Source of the DNA: Adineta vaga
Lineage: Eukaryota > Animalia > Rotifera
Direction: 5' to 3'
Assembly (NCBI GenBank): GCA_021613535.1
Contig: CP075496.1
Span: 6,758,001-6,822,000, forward strand
DNA length: 64,000 nt
Within the stretch, counting starts at the first letter, position 1, and the number at the start of each line of letters is the position of its first letter. A program made the position numbers and the translations under genes. The notes beneath the pieces are model-generated. The model did no database searches. It was not told where the DNA came from and saw only the letters and a list, made by a program, of their open reading frames with translations. Shown here in pieces: positions 58,301 to 64,000 of this stretch.

Positions 58301-60877
58301 ATCTGTCAATTAAGAAAAGTATTTAGCTGCCTTTTATGCCTTAAGTACATCGTGACGTCAACGTACACTAATCTATTCGTAGACTGAAATCGAATGTTTC
58401 GATTCAATTATCCGCTTCTCATGTAACCATTCTTGTCTTTGAAACATGCTATAGATTGTATGAAACACTTACCCTGGTATACCGCCTGCTTCTATATGAT
58501 TCGCTAATGTAACATCATCTGACCACGTATCATATTGCCATTTTTTAAGACCTAAAACTCCACATAAAACTCGTCCTGTATGAATACCAATACGCATATC
58601 AACATTAACACCGGTTGCTTCTCGTACTAATCTACATGATATGAGAGAAAAGATTTGATAAATTCTAATCAATAAAGAAACAAAATTCTGTACTTAATAT
58701 CTTCAATCATTTTTAAACCCATTCGTACACAGTTCGTTGCATGATTTGGTCGACTTATTGGTAAACCACTAACACAATAATAACAATCACCTAAAATTTT
58801 GATTCGCATACAATCACATTCCTAAAAAAAAAGAAGAGAAGTCTCAATAATCCGTTAATCATTCATTCATTTCAAATCCAATTCTACTTGTGCTAATTGA
58901 TCAAATTTTCCAAAAAGTTTATTAAGTATTTGTACAAGTTCTGGTGGAGTAAATTTTTCTGATAATGGAGTAAAATTAACAATATCAGCATAGAGAATTC
59001 TAATCGAAAATAAAAATTTACAAGTATAATAAAGAAGTTTTCATCACTTACGTCACATTTTCATGTTTCTTTACATATAAATCATGAAATGCTGTTTTAC
59101 GTGTATTAATTTTCTTAACATTAGATCGTTGATCATCATAATCTTTTGATTGTAAATTATGATATTTGGCTGTATCTTTAACTTTTCGTAACATTTCTGA
59201 TTTCATACTTAAAGCTATAACAAAATGAAAATAATGTTAATTCATGATCATCAAAAAAACAAGGAGAAACTTGTCATTACCGATATGTGCTGGAATAACA
59301 CTAAGAATTAATGTTTCTTGTTGTTCTTTTTCACATTCAAGTCTTATACGAGCTTCAATACACCGCATTGTATTGTGATATGTTTTCTTTTGATGCACAT
59401 CAGTTAAATAACGATGGAATAAACCAAACAAATTACACGCAACAAAGAATAATGAAAGACAAATAACCTAAAAGATAAATATCATATGTAGATTCGTGAC
59501 GAATCATATAATTGTTTACTCATTGAAAATGTTTCTTTTTATGTCCTCAAAAGAGTTATTATTGATACAAATGATCAATTGAAATTACCTCTAATTTAAA
59601 TTCCATTTTATGTGATTTATTATTCGGATCAGGAATACTATGTGTACGAATAACAAGCATTAAATGAATAAAAGATGTTGTTAAAGCCATGAAAAATGTC
59701 CATGAACGTGGTATAGGTAATGTTGTATGTATTGTAATAATCGAAAATGTAACAATACCCATTAATCGTATAATTGACATATATTGTTGAAGAATCAATG
59801 GAATTATCGCAAAAAATGTCAATAATAACCAGATAGATATACATGATATGTGTACGTATGTATGAAAAACTTTCTCTCGATGAATTAATAAAATAATTGA
59901 CATTGATAAAAGAAAAATGAATGAAAATAAAATGATTTCAAGAATGAATTGAGTAATATAACGCTAGAAACAATAATAGATTTGTAGGATGAAAAGAAAA
60001 AAAATGAGAAATTCATTTTATTTGATTAACTTACTTTTTCCGAAAATATTGCTAAGAATAAATAAACAAGACTTTGAAAAGCAGTAAGTAATAAAGAGAA
60101 TAGAACTAAACCATGTTTAATACGAATTAAATAAAGACTAAAATAATGTTTATTGTCCATAACCTCTAAAAACAGGAAAAATGTCAATTTCAAACACAAG
60201 TTTATCATCTGATATTTTATAATCTATTCTAGTATATACGGTCTTTCATTTCTTGTCTAAAGGCGACAGATTATTAGAAGGAAAAAAAAAGGATGGATAC
60301 TTTTTTTTTCACAGACTATCTTTTTCATCTGATAGTCATATACTTCTTTAAAGAATAAGAATCAATCTGAAAAAATATTTAAGAACGAAGAATAGATTCG
60401 AAGATATGGTAATTATTTAAGCTATCAAAAGAAAAAACAGTTGTTCCAAAGGTATATATATTCGTTGTGAGAAATGATGACAGATGTATGCGATATTTTT
60501 CGTTTAATAAATATCGGTAGCCTTGAATTTTATGAAACTAAACAGATACATATGAAATCGAGTCTATCATTCTAATCTGATATGGATTCAGCAAAAGATA
60601 TGAATTTTGCTTACTCATTATTGAATATTGTCTATAAGACAGACAATTTGTCCATGTAAATAGTACTAAGAAAAATTTTCCATCAATTTTCTTGTTTTAT
60701 TCATTTATTCACATTTGTTATATGCGATGATGGGTATACACATCTATACGAGCTATCTAAATCAGCACTTCCGTAGCTAATCGATGGTGATTCAACTTCA
60801 TCTCCGTTTGTTTCTCGCTTTCTCTTGATCATTCGTTGGAATGAAGTGGATGAACCACTTATACTGTCATCAAACAT
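55336..60877 (-). CDS. Membrane adenylate cyclase, type 2/4/7-like, many exons; 5' end uncertain
   Basis: Two transmembrane blocks. C1: [40 protein letters not shown] and [23 protein letters not shown]2: [40 protein letters not shown] and [21 protein letters not shown]. Confidence 0.96.
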
Positions 60878-63800
60878 ACGCACAACTCTTCAAAAATAGT
60901 GAACATTGAAAATAGCCTTAAGCATTCTTCGGAATATTATCATCCTAAAGAAAAGAGTAACAGAAGACATAGAGAAGAAACTAACTTTTCTCTCTCTCTC
61001 TCGCTTTTTTCAATTAAAAATAAGATTGATTACTCATATAGGTTATCCAATTTTCTTTTAAAACAATTATTATTTCTATATTTTCTTTTCAAATAAACTG
61101 TGTTCATGTTCCATGTTTCTTCTGGCTAATTATGAACATAGGATGCTTCATTTTTCTTTTGTAGTAATCGTTCTTTTTATGCACGTTTTGCTCTATTAAA
61201 TGACAGAAGCCAACGATAATAAAAAGAAAATGTCTTTCAAAACGATGTAAATTCTTCTTCTTTTTTTCTATAATAAAGAAAAAGAAGATTATTATCATAA
61301 TCTACATCAACCCTGAACAGCATGTCTTTGTTTCAAAAAAGAAAATGCCATGCTTATAACTGCCTTAGTACTACTAAGTTTTTCTTTATCTCATTTTTTG
61401 GATCTCTAGAGAAATACATAAATGACACCATAGAGTGATATAAACTAAGAAATCAACAAGCACAATAAGACGAAACAATAGTTTTCGACTTGTTCTTGCT
61501 TATATGCAAGAATGATGACAGATTCCTGATAACAATATATATAAAAATGCATCAGTGCTTCTATGAAAGAAAAAAAAAGAAAGAAAGAAAGAAATAGGAT
61601 TGAAAGAAAACAGTAGTGTATATCTTGACTAATTCAATCATTCCATTGAATTAGTATGAGTATTTAAACAAAAGTAATTTTTCAAGTCTAGGTTAATCAA
61701 TATTATGTACTGCTAAAACGAAGAAACAAGAAAAACTTACTTGTCGTTACATCCGGAGATGACCAGTCGAGTGGCAGTTGTACATTAGTTTTAGCATTGC
61801 CATATGTGTGATCAATGGTTAAATCATGGATCGATTCTAACAAACAAATAAAATAAACAACGGAAGATTGATAGATAGAAAGAAGAACACTTAAACTTGT
61901 TTCTTCATACACAAGAGACTTTCGAACAGAAGTGAAAATCTGACATGTAAAACGGACGAATAAGATTCTTGCACAAACGGTAGCAATATATACTAAGAAT
62001 ATAACAATCTGCTCTCTTCTCTTTTGTTTTCTCTAATGATATCGATTGTTTTATGATTATTTTTATGTTTTTTTTTCTACATTATTCAGCAAAGAACATG
62101 CTGAGGTGTCTTATCCATCCTCATATTGTATGTTTGTCTACATGTCAGTGTCGAGTTCCTTGTTATATGTGATATGATGGGTGACAGTTGATGACAGTTT
62201 ATGATCGATTCGCTAGACAATATAACATCCATCTTGTCTAAATAACAAGCAGCCACACGAGCATTATACATATACATATACTATCATTTTTCTCATTTAG
62301 TTAATCGATAAACAATAGTTGACGTTTTGTCATTAAGACGGAAATAACTTTTTCTAAATTAAATGAGATCTTGACTTTTATTTTAATACTTGAAAAAACC
62401 TTTTATATTGTCAATTCAAATATACCTCATTATTTCTATTTTATAAACTAAGTAATAATAATAACTACCCAATAGATATGTTGTTCTTCACCAATGATGT
62501 TCTTTTGGATTACATCATATTTATGTATATACACAAATATACCATAATCCAAAAGGTCACATCATGCTTTGGTTATAAGTGTAATTACAAAACAAATGTG
62601 CATCTCTATTATGAGAACAGAGATATCTTAACAGAGGAATTACGTTAATAGACAAAGTAATGTTGAATATAAAAGTCGCATAATTGGCCTTTTCTTTTCT
62701 TTGATATAAATCCTGGTCTCTCTCTCTCTCTCTCTTTTGTTTTGTTTCATAGATTCACTTACTTCGTTCGTTGTTATTTTTGTTGTTTGGTATTTGATTC
62801 ACAAAAGGATCCCGGTCTTTATGTTGTTGATTTGTTACTTGAAAAGATGATAATGATGTTGATTGCTGGCGATGTTGTCGAAATCGTTTAAGAATAGACT
62901 TTCGACTTTGTTGAACATCGTCTGTATCCATGTTCTCAAGATAATTTCTTTTTACACTATTTGAAGATAATCATATAAAAATTAGCGAAGAAGATTTCTT
63001 CTTTCTTTTTATTCGAAAGTGTGTGTCTTTAGGGAACCAAACCTAACTGCAAAACGAGCGTAATCGACACTAATGATTGTTGGCGTTTGTTTTCGCTTCA
63101 AGCAAACAACTTGATGTTTCAATGAATGTAATAAATGAGTAATAAAAACACATGTTTTATATAGATTTCTTTAATTAATTGAAAAATAAGACTATTTTAT
63201 GTATTCGATTGAAAACAAATATCCGTTTTGTTCTCAGGCAATATAATTATTCTGATACGCTGGATTGTCGATTGGAAAGAAAATTAAAGATCGAAACTTT
63301 TAATGAACAAATCGAAAATGACTAGGAGATGAGAAAGATTCACAATTACCGTTCTTTTTTCTCGTCGTTTTCTTCTTTGTCTCGCACAAAAGAAACGATA
63401 AAATTACTCCTTGTTTTCTTCTTTCTTCTTTTACTTTTTCTAGTCTTCTTGCACTATATTGTCTTCGTTAGCAGACAAGATCATCAATGAACGAATCGAA
63501 ACGACTTGCAAGAATAGTAAAAAGAGGCATGCTAAAAAGAATGAAGAACAAAAATATTGATGACGATGATATTAATAATGAAAGCAGAGAGAAAGAGCAA
63601 GCGAGAGAGAGAGAGAGGGAAAGAAGACAAGAAACAAAACTCATGTCAGTTACTTTCTTATTTTCAGATGACAATAATAGACACATTTCTATCGAATATA
63701 GCACTTTAGTTTTTGTGACCCTATATATATCAATAAGATACTTTTCCTGTTCACTTCTTTTTTTCTTATTATTACCATTCCCTATTACTCACGATTGTAA

Positions 63801-64000
63801 CAATGATGACAATAGCGTGATAGTAGGAAACTCATGTATCTTCACATGCATATAGATATATCTATATCTATATATACTTGTCTGAGTGCGTGTATATGTG
63901 TTTTATTCATTTAATATTCTAGGAACAATAAGCATAAAAAGAAGAGTTTAAAAAACGATGTACAAACATAATTCGGAATAATTAACGAGAAGGAAAAAAA

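Noticed and set aside
63468-63855. 122-aa and 78-aa overlapping ORFs
   Set aside because: Driven by GA repeats and poly-T runs, with no domain. Probably UTR or regulatory sequence.

Overview
Very AT-rich eukaryotic DNA with densely packed genes and many short (about 45-65 nt) GT-AG introns. The style, and an intronless bacterial-like gene among metazoan genes, suggests a bdelloid rotifer; this is an inference. By manual splicing I find about 18 protein-coding genes: mago nashi, TAF6, a proline-rich intronless gene nested in the last TAF6 intron, VCP/p97, CYB5D1-like, TCTEX1D2-like, TEX52-like, a tandem double-GNAT acetyltransferase, a TSSK-like kinase, INPP5B/OCRL-like, cyclin L, SETD1, two tandem HSL-family esterases, RNF220-like, CCDC42/CFAP73-like, a WWE-WWE-WGR PARP, KATNIP and an AC2-type adenylate cyclase. 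The most striking structure is a probable horizontally acquired GNAT gene that ends 38 nt before a splice acceptor and ATG of a ciliary gene, in an operon-like trio. Also notable are the same-strand nested proline-rich gene, a poison exon in cyclin L, a gene-conversion tract and intron-split start codons in the esterases, and an internal alternative first exon in KATNIP. No rRNA, tRNA, CRISPR array or intact transposon was seen. All family assignments come from recalled motifs, not database searches.
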